This document shows, one piece after another, positions 9,893-18,903 of a DNA stretch of 64,000 nt. The stretch comes from an uncultured Gammaproteobacteria bacterium (lineage in GTDB: Bacteria > Pseudomonadota > Gammaproteobacteria > GCA-002705445 > GCA-002716945), in contig CAJWPJ010000003.1 of assembly GCA_913045115.1 (NCBI GenBank), positions 854 to 64,853 on the forward strand. Direction: 5' to 3'. Positions within the stretch are counted from its first letter, which is position 1. Every line of letters starts with the position of its first letter. Under the pieces are notes generated by a model. It saw only the letters and a program-made list of their open reading frames with translations. It had not been told where the DNA came from and made no database searches. The translations under genes were made by a program, and so were the position numbers.

Positions 9893-10222
9893 GAGAGTTG
9901 GTTATACAGTCGCTATGTTAAGGCATAGAGGAAAGTCCGGGCTCCGGGGATAAAAGCGCCAGGTAACACCTGGGAAACGTGAGTTTTGGAAAGTGCTGCA
10001 GAAAATAACCGCCTACTTTTTGTAGGTAAGGGTGAAAAGGTAGAGTAAGAGCCTACCGCTGCTAAGGTAACAAGGCAGGCATAAGTAAACCCCGCTTGGA
10101 GCAAGGCAAATTTGTGATTCATCCCGCTATAATCACATGGTTGCTGCTACTGAGATTATTGGTGACAATAATTCAAGATAAATGGCTGTACACGACAGAA
10201 CCCGGCTTATCAACTGACTCTC
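9893..10222 (+). ncRNA. rnpB: RNase P RNA, bacterial type A
   Basis: GAGGAAAGTCCGGGCTC, GGGTGAAAAGG, AAACCCCGCTTGGAGCAAG, ACAGAACCCGGCTTA. P1 pairing GAGAGTTGGTT/AACTGACTCTC. Canonical position upstream of mraZ. Confidence 0.96.
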
Positions 10223-10241
10223 ATCCTTTAACATAATTCTA

Positions 10242-10279
10242 TAAGTAATTGATTTATAAATATATTTAATAAATTGATT
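10242..10279. promoter_or_regulatory. Two IHF-consensus sites upstream of the dcw promoter
   Basis: YAANNNNTTGATW matches at 10242-10254 (TAAGTAATTGATT) and 10267-10279 (TAATAAATTGATT). The AT-rich background raises the chance of random matches. Confidence 0.45.
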
Positions 10280-10314
10280 ATCCCTAATATTCATGAATTT
10301 AGCTATATATTAGC

Positions 10315-10390
10315 TTGCATAAATTAAAAATAGGGCATATAGTGTTGATAAATGGCATTATTTGTTATTTTGTGGAGAATTATGGAGAAT
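10315..10390 (+). promoter_or_regulatory. dcw (mraZ) promoter with 10-bp-phased MraZ-box-like repeats
   Basis: TTGCAT, 17-nt spacer, TATAGT (10315-10343). GTGT/ATGG/TTGT/GTGG/ATGG at 10342, 10352, 10362, 10372, 10382. Direct repeat TGGAGAAT at 10373 and 10383. Confidence 0.65.
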
Positions 10391-10843
10391 CTTTTTAAAG
10401 GTATACACAATCTTAGTCTCGATTCAAAGGGTAGACTGGGTATCCCCGTGACATACCGTGACCATATTATGGGCCTTCTCAAAGGGTCTATGGTAATTAC
10501 AATTGATACAGAAGAAAGATGCCTTCTTCTATACCCAGCGAATATCTGGTCTAAAATACAAGATAAAATCAGTAACTTACCATCATTTAATAAAAACGCG
10601 CGAAGGATTCAAAGACTTTTAGTAGGACATGCAGAGGATATTGATGTTGATTCTAGTGGAAGAATTTTAATATCTAGGCCACTTAGAGAGTATGCATCAT
10701 TATCAAAGAAAATAATCCTTATTGGTCAAGGTGAGAAATTTGAGATTTGGGATCAAAACTCATGGAACACAAATGTTGAGAAGTGGCGAGAGGAGGCGAC
10801 GTCTGTTGACGATGAACAAGCACTCAGTGATTTAAGCATATGA
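10382..10843 (+). CDS. mraZ: Division/cell wall cluster transcriptional repressor
   Basis: [43 protein letters not shown]. Start moved to ATG 10382. Confidence 0.95.
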   Translation: MENLFKGIHNLSLDSKGRLGIPVTYRDHIMGLLKGSMVITIDTEERCLLLYPANIWSKIQDKISNLPSFNKNARRIQRLLVGHAEDIDVDSSGRILISRPLREYASLSKKIILIGQGEKFEIWDQNSWNTNVEKWREEATSVDDEQALSDLSI

Positions 10844-11034
10844 TAACTAATAACAAATATAAAATACTAGGAGTCAGCGAGAGCGATGATATATCGGTAA
10901 TTAAATTGGCATTTAGAAAATTAGCATCTAGGCATCATCCTGATAAAAACAATGACAGCATTGAGTCAAATAAAATATTCATACAAATCAAGTCGGCTTA
11001 CGAAAGCATATTGGAATCTAAGAAAAATGAATAA
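10840..11034 (+). CDS. Stand-alone J-domain (DnaJ-like) mini-protein, 64 aa
   Basis: YKILGVS...[17 protein letters not shown]...[11 protein letters not shown] with an intact HPD. ATGA overlap with mraZ; overlaps the rsmH start. Confidence 0.85.
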   Translation: MITNNKYKILGVSESDDISVIKLAFRKLASRHHPDKNNDSIESNKIFIQIKSAYESILESKKNE

Positions 11035-11956
11035 TACTGATTACCATATACCCGTGATGAAGCACGAGGCGGTAGAACAGTTGCTGTCAAATAATGATGG
11101 TATATATGTCGATGCAACTCTTGGGTATGGAGGTCATACAAGGTTAATTCTGGAGAAAACTTCATCTAAATCTAAACTATATGGAATCGATAAAGATATT
11201 GATGCCATTGAATTTAACAAGAAAGAATTAGCACAAGAGAAGAGGTTTACCCTTAAACATGGATGTTTTTCTTCTCTTGATGAATATGCAAAAACCTGGA
11301 ATATATATGGATCTGTAAACGGCATTTTATTTGATTTAGGAGTGTCATCTGTTCATCTTGATAGTGCAGATAGAGGCTTTAGCTTTAATAAAAATGCGCC
11401 TTTGGATATGAGATTTGATAGAACACACGGAAAATGTGTCTCACAGTTAATAAATGAACTTCCTGAGAGCGAAATCGAGTCTATTTTAAAACTGTATGGT
11501 CAAGAAAAGTTTTCTAGAAGAATAGCTAAAAATATTATCAAGCATAGGTCTAATAATCCTATCGAGAATACGCTTGAGCTTGTGGATATCATCAATAAAT
11601 CTGTCATTGTTAACGATAAGAATAAACATAACGCAACGCGATCTTTTCAAGCACTAAGGATATTTGTAAATAAAGAACTTGATGTCCTTAGAGAAGTGCT
11701 TCATAAATCATATAATATTCTCGCCCCAAAAGGGAGGCTGGTGTTAATAACTTATCACTCTTTAGAGGAAAGAGTCATAAAGGATTTCATTATATTTTGT
11801 GATAACAATCAAAACACACCTAGAAAGATGCCAATAAAGAAAGATTTCTTAAAAAAGATGTTTACGGTAATAAAAAAAGTTAAACCATCTGACAAAGAGA
11901 TATCTTTAAACCCCAGATCCAGATCTGCAAAAATTAATGTCCTGGAGAAGCAGTAA
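11027..11956 (+). CDS. rsmH: 16S rRNA m4C1402 methyltransferase
   Basis: [27 protein letters not shown]...[26 protein letters not shown]. Start moved to ATG 11027. Confidence 0.96.
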   Translation: MNNTDYHIPVMKHEAVEQLLSNNDGIYVDATLGYGGHTRLILEKTSSKSKLYGIDKDIDAIEFNKKELAQEKRFTLKHGCFSSLDEYAKTWNIYGSVNGILFDLGVSSVHLDSADRGFSFNKNAPLDMRFDRTHGKCVSQLINELPESEIESILKLYGQEKFSRRIAKNIIKHRSNNPIENTLELVDIINKSVIVNDKNKHNATRSFQALRIFVNKELDVLREVLHKSYNILAPKGRLVLITYHSLEERVIKDFIIFCDNNQNTPRKMPIKKDFLKKMFTVIKKVKPSDKEISLNPRSRSAKINVLEKQ

Positions 11957-12225
11957 TGAATCTAACATCCTCATTTCTTTTAATAATTCTTATAACTATG
12001 TCTGCATTTAGTGTAATTTTTATCAAATATCAAAATAGGATGTTAAATATCGAAATTTCTAAAAATGAAAAAAAGTTATTTTACCTTTCTGAGTCTTATA
12101 GAAAGTTACTTCAGAAAAAAATTGAAATTACAGATAGTAGGCTGCAAAAAAGTAGCTTGGGTAAGGCGCTAAATATGCAACTTCCATCAAAAGAAAGAAT
12201 TTTAATCATGAACGTAGAACGCTAG
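11956..12225 (+). CDS. ftsL: Cell division protein FtsL (divergent)
   Basis: Directly after rsmH; N-terminal TM helix, coiled coil, LNMQLP tail. Confidence 0.7.
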   Translation: MNLTSSFLLIILITMSAFSVIFIKYQNRMLNIEISKNEKKLFYLSESYRKLLQKKIEITDSRLQKSSLGKALNMQLPSKERILIMNVER

Positions 12226-12234
12226 GAGGACACC

Positions 12235-13383
12235 ATGTTTGAAATAGTTAATAATTATAATCAAAATGCAGTTATCAAAGTTATTGGTGTTGGAGGTGGT
12301 GGCGGAAACGCTATTATATCAATGCTAAAGTCTCAAATACATGGGGCAGATTTTTTGATTGCAAACACAGACGTACAAGCGTTAAGGGATGTAGACGGAG
12401 CCACAACCGTCCAAATCGGTTCTGAGATAACAAAAGGATTGGGTGCAGGCGCTGATCCTGAGAAGGGGCGCCAAGCTGCACTCGAAGCTAGTGAAACTCT
12501 AAGAGAGTCTATTGAAGGAGCTGACATGCTGTTCATTGCTGCCGGGATGGGCGGAGGAACTGGTACAGGAGCTGCTCCAGTAATTGCTCAAATCGCACGT
12601 GATCTTGGTATTCTTACTGTAGCGGTTGTTACAAAACCCTTCGATTTTGAGGGCCCTGAAAGAATGTCAAATGCTCAAGAAGGGATAAATAATCTTGAAC
12701 AATGGGTCGATTCTTTAATTGTGATACCGAACTCAAAGTTGAAAGAAGTCTATGGAGGAAATGAGTCAATATTTTCTTCTTTCGAGAATGCTAATGATGT
12801 TTTGAGAGGAGCCGTGAAAGGTATTACAGAGATAATTACTATAAGAGGGTTTATGAATGTGGACTTTGCTGACGTAAAAACTGTCATGTCAGGTATGGGT
12901 AAAGCAATGATGGGATCCGGAGTATCATCTGGAGAAAATAGAGCCGAAGAAGCAGTGACAACAGCATTGAGCAGTCCCTTATTAGATAATATAGATCTTC
13001 AGGGTGCTAGCGGAGTACTTGTTAATATTACTTCCGGATCTGATTTAACGACGGATGAGTTTGAGGTGATTGGAAGTAAAATTAGAGAGATAGCTAACGA
13101 AGACGCTAAGATAATTACTGGCTGTATTAAAGAAGATGATAATATTGGAGATCTTAGAGTTACAATAATTGCAACTGGATTCGCTCAATCTGGTTCTGTT
13201 GATACTCAGTTGATGGAAGCAAATTCAAATGATGCAGAAATTAACACTTTAAATAACCAAAATTCATCAATATTGTCTGGTAACGACATCAATAAAGTGG
13301 ATACTCCTCAAGTAAACTTAAATCAACAAGAGGATCAGACATCACTTGATATACCGGCATTTTTAAGACAACAGGCCGATTAA
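12235..13383 (+). CDS. ftsZ: Cell division protein FtsZ, relocated within the dcw cluster
   Basis: IKVIGVGGGGGNA, GGGTGTG tubulin signature, NVDFADV, C-terminal LDIPAFLRQQAD. AGGAGG Shine-Dalgarno at 12224-12229. Confidence 0.99.
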   Translation: MFEIVNNYNQNAVIKVIGVGGGGGNAIISMLKSQIHGADFLIANTDVQALRDVDGATTVQIGSEITKGLGAGADPEKGRQAALEASETLRESIEGADMLFIAAGMGGGTGTGAAPVIAQIARDLGILTVAVVTKPFDFEGPERMSNAQEGINNLEQWVDSLIVIPNSKLKEVYGGNESIFSSFENANDVLRGAVKGITEIITIRGFMNVDFADVKTVMSGMGKAMMGSGVSSGENRAEEAVTTALSSPLLDNIDLQGASGVLVNITSGSDLTTDEFEVIGSKIREIANEDAKIITGCIKEDDNIGDLRVTIIATGFAQSGSVDTQLMEANSNDAEINTLNNQNSSILSGNDINKVDTPQVNLNQQEDQTSLDIPAFLRQQAD

Positions 13384-15094
13384 TAATAATCCTAAATCTG
13401 AGACTTTAAGGCTGCTGTTATTTATAACAGCAGCTTTAGTTTTATTTTTACTGATAGTAACTAGATTATATTATATTCAAATCCAAGGAACTGATTGCTT
13501 CTTCTTCAATGAGAGTTCATGTAAGCAAAATATTTCTATTGAGGCAAAAAAAAGACAGATTCATAATCAGGTTATAAAAGCAGAAAGAGGAGTAATTTTT
13601 GACAGAAACAAAAATATACTAGCAATGTCACTTCCTGCGAAAACGCTATGCATTAATCCAAATAAACTCCATCGCAATGAAAATAAATCAGATGTTCATG
13701 AGTTATCAAAGCTATTAAACATTCCATATGATAAATTAGTGAAGATTATCGATAGAAATAAAAATAAAAAGGAATATTTTCTCAAACGGCATATCTCAAA
13801 AGAAACCTATGTTGAAATAAACAAATTATCTACCCCAAATATTTATTTTATTAATGAGAATAAAAGATCTTATTTAGGAGGCGAGGCTTTCTCAAACATA
13901 ATAGGTTTTACAGATATAGATGATAATGGTCAGGAAGGAATTGAGTTAGTAAATAACAATATTCTCAAGCCCTCGAATGGTTCTAAAATAATAAAAATGG
14001 ATAATATTGGAAGACCAATTGAAACGATTGAGGTAACTAAAAAGTCTATTCCTGGAGAAAATTTAATATTAACTCTTGATAAGAGAATTCAGATAATTGC
14101 ATATGATGTACTAAAAAAATATGTCAACAAATATAAGGCAGAGAGCGGGTCTATTGTCCTTGTAGAGTCAAACACAGGCAATATCTTATCTATGGCAAAC
14201 TACCCATCTTTTGATCCAAAAAAAAGATATACTTACAAAGGTATTAAAATTAAGAATAGGGCAGTTTATGATCTAATAGAGCCTGGATCTACTATCAAAC
14301 CTTTTATAATTTATGCAGGTTTGAAAAATAAGATTATTGATGAATCGACTATAATTAGGACTGCTCCAGGAGTCATCAAACTTGCTGATAATGAAATTAA
14401 AGATTGGAAATACCTTGGCGATGTCTCTGCGGAGGATATTATAAAGCTATCCAGTAACATAGGTGCAGCGAAAATATCTAGAAAGCTTGCAAAAACAGAA
14501 CTCACGCGTACTCTTGATTCATTTGGTTTTGGACAGTCATTATTTCTGAATTTGCCAGGCTCTAAGAATGGATCAATACCATCACCTACCAATATTAATG
14601 ACTCAAAGCATTTCAGCATTGGTTATGGTTATGGTTTATCTGTGTCATTGATGCATCTTGTCAGTGCATATAATATATTAGCTAATGATGGAGCCTATAT
14701 TCAATTAAAGTATCTTAGAAATACAGAAATAGATGACAGTAAACATCAAATTTTAGATAAGAAACTCAGTGGTCAAGTCCTAAAAATGATGAAAGAAGTT
14801 GTTCATTCGCATGATGGGACTGGTAAAAAAGCAGCAGTTGATGGTTATTCTGTATATGGTAAAACAGGAACGGTCCGTAAGATAAAAAATGGAAAATACA
14901 ATAAAAATTTACATAATGCATTATTTATAGGAATACTAGGTGATCCATCGCCAAAATATGTAGCTGCTGTAATAATTAGAGAACCCAAAGACAGAGAGGG
15001 CTCCGGTGGGTATCATGCTGCACCTGTTTTCGGTGAATTTCTTCAACACTCAATGAGAATTTTAGATGACATTAAGTATGCGGGAAAACAATAA
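13379..15094 (+). CDS. ftsI: Peptidoglycan transpeptidase PBP3; true start upstream of the called ATG 13625, probably ATT 13379
   Basis: STIK, SSN and KTG motifs. The in-frame upstream extension encodes the TM anchor (RLLLFITAALVLFLLIVTRL) and ERGVIFDRN. The frame is bounded by TAA 13364-13366 and has no ATG/GTG/TTG before the TM helix. Confidence 0.9.
   Translation: MNNNPKSETLRLLLFITAALVLFLLIVTRLYYIQIQGTDCFFFNESSCKQNISIEAKKRQIHNQVIKAERGVIFDRNKNILAMSLPAKTLCINPNKLHRNENKSDVHELSKLLNIPYDKLVKIIDRNKNKKEYFLKRHISKETYVEINKLSTPNIYFINENKRSYLGGEAFSNIIGFTDIDDNGQEGIELVNNNILKPSNGSKIIKMDNIGRPIETIEVTKKSIPGENLILTLDKRIQIIAYDVLKKYVNKYKAESGSIVLVESNTGNILSMANYPSFDPKKRYTYKGIKIKNRAVYDLIEPGSTIKPFIIYAGLKNKIIDESTIIRTAPGVIKLADNEIKDWKYLGDVSAEDIIKLSSNIGAAKISRKLAKTELTRTLDSFGFGQSLFLNLPGSKNGSIPSPTNINDSKHFSIGYGYGLSVSLMHLVSAYNILANDGAYIQLKYLRNTEIDDSKHQILDKKLSGQVLKMMKEVVHSHDGTGKKAAVDGYSVYGKTGTVRKIKNGKYNKNLHNALFIGILGDPSPKYVAAVIIREPKDREGSGGYHAAPVFGEFLQHSMRILDDIKYAGKQ
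13408..13449 (+). terminator. Intrinsic terminator-like hairpin after ftsZ, inside the ftsI coding region
   Basis: GCTGCTGTTA-ttta-TAACAGCAGC, a perfect 10-bp stem (13411-13434), extendable by AAG/TTT and followed by TTTAGTTTTATTTTT. Confidence 0.7.
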
Positions 15095-16499
15095 ATTAAA
15101 TACATGCAAAAACTTTATTCTCAAGAATTCTGATCACTCGGAGTATTTGATGAATAGATTTGCAATTGATTCCAGGCGTATCAAGCATAAACAAGTATTT
15201 ATATCTTTAGAGAACAATCCTACTAAAAATATTCATAATATTAAACATGCTATCACTAAAGGAGCATCTGGGTTTATTACAACAGTACCTCTTACAAGAG
15301 AGAGCCTTAATTCATCGATACCATTTCTTGTAATAAAAAATTTAGAAAACATATCTATAGAACTTTTCAAAATTGATTTTACTAAGACCAAACGGAAACC
15401 AATTATAATTGGGATAACAGGCACAAACGGGAAAACTTCAACTGTATTATTATTAGCACAAGCACTCACCTTGCAAAACAAAAAGGTAGGTGTTGTATCG
15501 AGTGAGGGCGTAGGCGTTTATCCTGATCTAAGGAGTAGTGATTATACAACACCACCAATTGATCGTAATTATATGTACCTCAGAAAATTTATCGATAGAA
15601 AATGTCATTATGTAATTATGGAATGTTCATCACAAGGCCTTCATCAAGGAAGACTGGATGGTTTTTTATTCAACTATTCATTAATAACTAATATCGACCA
15701 AGATCATATCGATTATCATCTGAATCTTACAAATTATGTTAATAGTAAGTTGAAAATTATTAATCAAAGTGAAACATCAATTCTAAATTATGATTGTGTA
15801 AAACTAAATAAAATTGACATGAAAAAATATACATGTAATGTATCTTTTATCTCTAAAAAGAAACATCAAAACCCAAAAGTCATAAACACATCTTTAGGAT
15901 ATGATTTTGATAGCTCTGTAAACTTCAATACTTATTCTCTTTTAATGATAGCTGCTATTATGAAACTAGAGAACTTCAGTAAACCAAAAATTAAAAAGTC
16001 TTTTGAAAAATTGACTCCTCTGATGGGAAGAAGACAAGTTATCGATACTAAAAATAAGGGAACATTTATAATTGACTATGCTCATACATCTGCAGCTTAT
16101 AAAGGGATTTATAAAGAATTTGCAGTATCGAAAAAAATTTGTACATTATTCGGTTGTGGAGGCGACAGAGATCAAACAAAAAGAGCACAAACTGGAAGGA
16201 TAGTTGATAAATATTCCTCAAAGATTATTATCACTTCAGATAACTCAAGGACTGAGAGATTTGAAAAGATTCAAAAAGATATTTTAGAAGGTATAAAGAA
16301 CACCAAGAAAGTTATCGTAATCAGGTCAAGAAAAGAGGCAATTAGACATATGTTTAAGCATTCATCTCATAATCAATTGAATTTTATTCTAGGTAAAGGA
16401 AATGAAAATTATATTTTTGAAAATCGCAAAAAAATACACCACAATGATATTATCTATCTCAAAAATCTGTTGAGGAATTATGAACATAAAGCTATCTGA
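15078..16499 (+). CDS. murE: UDP-MurNAc-tripeptide synthetase
   Basis: IDSRR, GITGTNGKTS, MECSSQGL, DHIDYH, IDYAHT, FGCGGDRD, DNSR (a DNPR variant), GKG.E. Confidence 0.9.
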   Translation: MRENNKLNTCKNFILKNSDHSEYLMNRFAIDSRRIKHKQVFISLENNPTKNIHNIKHAITKGASGFITTVPLTRESLNSSIPFLVIKNLENISIELFKIDFTKTKRKPIIIGITGTNGKTSTVLLLAQALTLQNKKVGVVSSEGVGVYPDLRSSDYTTPPIDRNYMYLRKFIDRKCHYVIMECSSQGLHQGRLDGFLFNYSLITNIDQDHIDYHLNLTNYVNSKLKIINQSETSILNYDCVKLNKIDMKKYTCNVSFISKKKHQNPKVINTSLGYDFDSSVNFNTYSLLMIAAIMKLENFSKPKIKKSFEKLTPLMGRRQVIDTKNKGTFIIDYAHTSAAYKGIYKEFAVSKKICTLFGCGGDRDQTKRAQTGRIVDKYSSKIIITSDNSRTERFEKIQKDILEGIKNTKKVIVIRSRKEAIRHMFKHSSHNQLNFILGKGNENYIFENRKKIHHNDIIYLKNLLRNYEHKAI

Positions 16500-17814
16500 G
16501 ATTGCTAAGTTTCTATCACTTGAATTAAAAGGAGAAGATCAGGATGTAAGGAACTTGAGCATTGATAGCAGAGAAGTAAAAAACGGCGATCTCTTTGTTG
16601 CGATCAAAGGAGACAAACATGATGGCCATGACTACATCCAACAATCAATAAAAAATGGCGCATCTGCAATCCTATGTAATGATGAAATTGATACATCAAA
16701 AATAAATGTTCCGCATATAATATCTGAAAATACAATAAATTCTCTTGGTCTTATTGCATCAGCATACAAAAAAGTTATTGGATCACCATTCACTATTGGT
16801 ATCACTGGGACTAATGGAAAGACAACAGTAACTAAGTTAACAGCAGAAATATTAAGCAAATCTTTTTCTGTTAGCACTACAATAGGTAATTATAATAATG
16901 AAATTGGGCTCCCACTATCAATCTTAAAGTCACAAAGCGAGAATTATCAAAAGTGTGTCTATGAGTTGGGTGCTAGCAAAAAAAATGATATCTATAATTT
17001 AGTAAATATTTGTGAGCCTGATATGACAGCATTATTAAATGTATCTGAAGCACACATGGAATCATTTGGAAGTTTTGAAAATCTCATTAATACTAAAGAG
17101 GAAGTATTTCAACATCCAAGTACAAAGAGAGTTGTTTTGAATAAGGATGATAAATACTATGACAGATGGAGAGAGATAAACAGCACAAAAGAAATAACTA
17201 CAATATCATTAAATAATGAGGCAGATTATTTTATAGAGAAAAATGATGAAAGTAACATCTATCTGTCGACCCCAAAGGGTGGAATCGAGATTAGTACGAT
17301 TGATTTGTCTAATTTATTATGGATCAATTTACTATTTAGCACTGCACTTGCCATGGAAGCAGGCGCAAATATCCAATCTGTTGTAGAGGGTGTAAGAAGC
17401 TTCTCAGGAGTCAAAGGTAGGTTTTATTGTTTTGTTTCATCCAACAAGTCACTGATAATCGATGACTCATATAATGCAAATCCAGAGTCAATGAAATCCT
17501 CATTAAATCAACTCAAGTATTTAAAAAAGGACAAAATATTTATTATGGGAGATATGGGGGAACTTGGTGAAAAGTCACTAATCCATCATTTATCCATCTT
17601 CAAGCTTGCTAAAAATATTGGAGTTAAGTACTTACTATATATGGGCAAGTATAAAGAAGAGGCTGTATCAACATTTGGAGCGGGCTGCACTACTTTTGAT
17701 GATATCATAGAGTTAATTAATCATGCTCGTAATGTGTCTGATGAAACTACTGTAGTGCTTATAAAAGCCTCTAGGTTTATGAACTTTGACAAAATAGCTG
17801 AAGGTTTGAAATAA
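16480..17814 (+). CDS. murF: UDP-MurNAc-pentapeptide synthetase
   Basis: IDSR, DGHDY, GITGTNGKTT, NYNNEIGLPL, DDSYNANPESM, GDMGELG, KASR. Confidence 0.95.
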   Translation: MNIKLSEIAKFLSLELKGEDQDVRNLSIDSREVKNGDLFVAIKGDKHDGHDYIQQSIKNGASAILCNDEIDTSKINVPHIISENTINSLGLIASAYKKVIGSPFTIGITGTNGKTTVTKLTAEILSKSFSVSTTIGNYNNEIGLPLSILKSQSENYQKCVYELGASKKNDIYNLVNICEPDMTALLNVSEAHMESFGSFENLINTKEEVFQHPSTKRVVLNKDDKYYDRWREINSTKEITTISLNNEADYFIEKNDESNIYLSTPKGGIEISTIDLSNLLWINLLFSTALAMEAGANIQSVVEGVRSFSGVKGRFYCFVSSNKSLIIDDSYNANPESMKSSLNQLKYLKKDKIFIMGDMGELGEKSLIHHLSIFKLAKNIGVKYLLYMGKYKEEAVSTFGAGCTTFDDIIELINHARNVSDETTVVLIKASRFMNFDKIAEGLK

Positions 17815-17817
17815 ATT

Positions 17818-18903
17818 ATGTTACTCTTCTTATTTGATTATTTGTCTGAATTCTACTCTGGTTTAAATGTTTTTAGATATTTAACATTAAGAATAGTCAT
17901 GGGCGCACTAACGTCACTTATAATATCCCTTATCCTAGGGCCTTATATCATAACATATCTTCGTGAGAAACAGTTTTACCAATCTATTAGAGACGATGGT
18001 CCCTTAAGTCATATTGATAACAAAAATAAAACTCCTACGATGGGTGGTTTGCTTATTATTACATCGATTGTAATCTCTACATTTCTCTGGGCTGATTTAA
18101 GCAATCACTACATTCTACTATTACTTTTTGGGATTCTTAGTTTTGGCATAATAGGTTTTTATGATGATTATAAAAAATTAGTTGAAGGGAAAAGTGATGG
18201 CATCAAAGGTAGACTCAAACTTTTTTTACAGATCCTTTCAGCAACATTAATAACTATTTATCTGTACCTCTTTATGGAGACGGGTGAAATCAGTTCGGTA
18301 ATGCCTTTTCTAAAAAATAGCAGTATGTATCTTGGAGTCTTATTCATACCTTGGTCAATTTTTATTCTAGTTGGTTCATCAAACGCAGTAAATTTAACTG
18401 ATGGGCTAGATGGCTTGGCCATATTGCCATGTATCTTAATAGCGTCTGCATTTGTTATTTTTGCTTACGCGCATGGAAATATAAATATATCAGAATATCT
18501 AATTATACCTTACGTTGAGAGTTCGGGAGAAGTAGCAATATTTGCTGCATCACTTGTGGGAGCAGGCTTGGGTTTTCTGTGGTTTAACTCATATCCTGCT
18601 GAAATATTTATGGGTGATTGTGGTTCTTTATCATTAGGAAGCTCTCTTGGTTTGCTTGCAATTATCCTAAAACAGGAATTAGCTTTCGCAATAATGAGCG
18701 GTATATTTATTGCTGAGGTATTCTCCGTAATTATCCAAGTTACATCATTCAAACTCAGAAATGGCAAAAGAGTTTTCAAAATGGCCCCACTTCATCATCA
18801 CTACGAGTTATCGGGTTTATCAGAACCTAAAATTATCATGAGGTTCTGGATAATAACGTTTATTTTGGTGCTGATTGCCCTTTCTACGCTTAAAATAAGA
18901 TGA
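17818..18903 (+). CDS. mraY: Phospho-MurNAc-pentapeptide transferase
   Basis: TPTMGG, DDY, NAVNLTDGLDGLA, FMGD, MAPLHHHYE. Confidence 0.98.
   Translation: MLLFLFDYLSEFYSGLNVFRYLTLRIVMGALTSLIISLILGPYIITYLREKQFYQSIRDDGPLSHIDNKNKTPTMGGLLIITSIVISTFLWADLSNHYILLLLFGILSFGIIGFYDDYKKLVEGKSDGIKGRLKLFLQILSATLITIYLYLFMETGEISSVMPFLKNSSMYLGVLFIPWSIFILVGSSNAVNLTDGLDGLAILPCILIASAFVIFAYAHGNINISEYLIIPYVESSGEVAIFAASLVGAGLGFLWFNSYPAEIFMGDCGSLSLGSSLGLLAIILKQELAFAIMSGIFIAEVFSVIIQVTSFKLRNGKRVFKMAPLHHHYELSGLSEPKIIMRFWIITFILVLIALSTLKIR

Noticed and set aside
9913..10122. 69-aa minus-strand ORF
   Set aside because: Antisense to RNase P RNA.
10352..10381. Longer mraZ start (MALFVILWRI)
   Set aside because: The extension consists of the operator repeats; homology begins near ATG 10382.
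10952..11026. 25-aa N-terminal extension of rsmH
   Set aside because: It overlaps the J-domain gene; RsmH homology starts at ATG 11027.
13355..13385. Programmed frameshift producing an FtsZ-FtsI fusion
   Set aside because: It needs a +1 shift after TAA 13364-13366, where no slippery site is evident, and it would alter the conserved FtsZ C-terminal peptide. ATT re-initiation is simpler.
16235..16255. MurE DNSR instead of DNPR as a sign of altered peptide stem
   Set aside because: The meso-DAP-recognising Asn and Arg are retained; a single substitution in a divergent protein is not enough.
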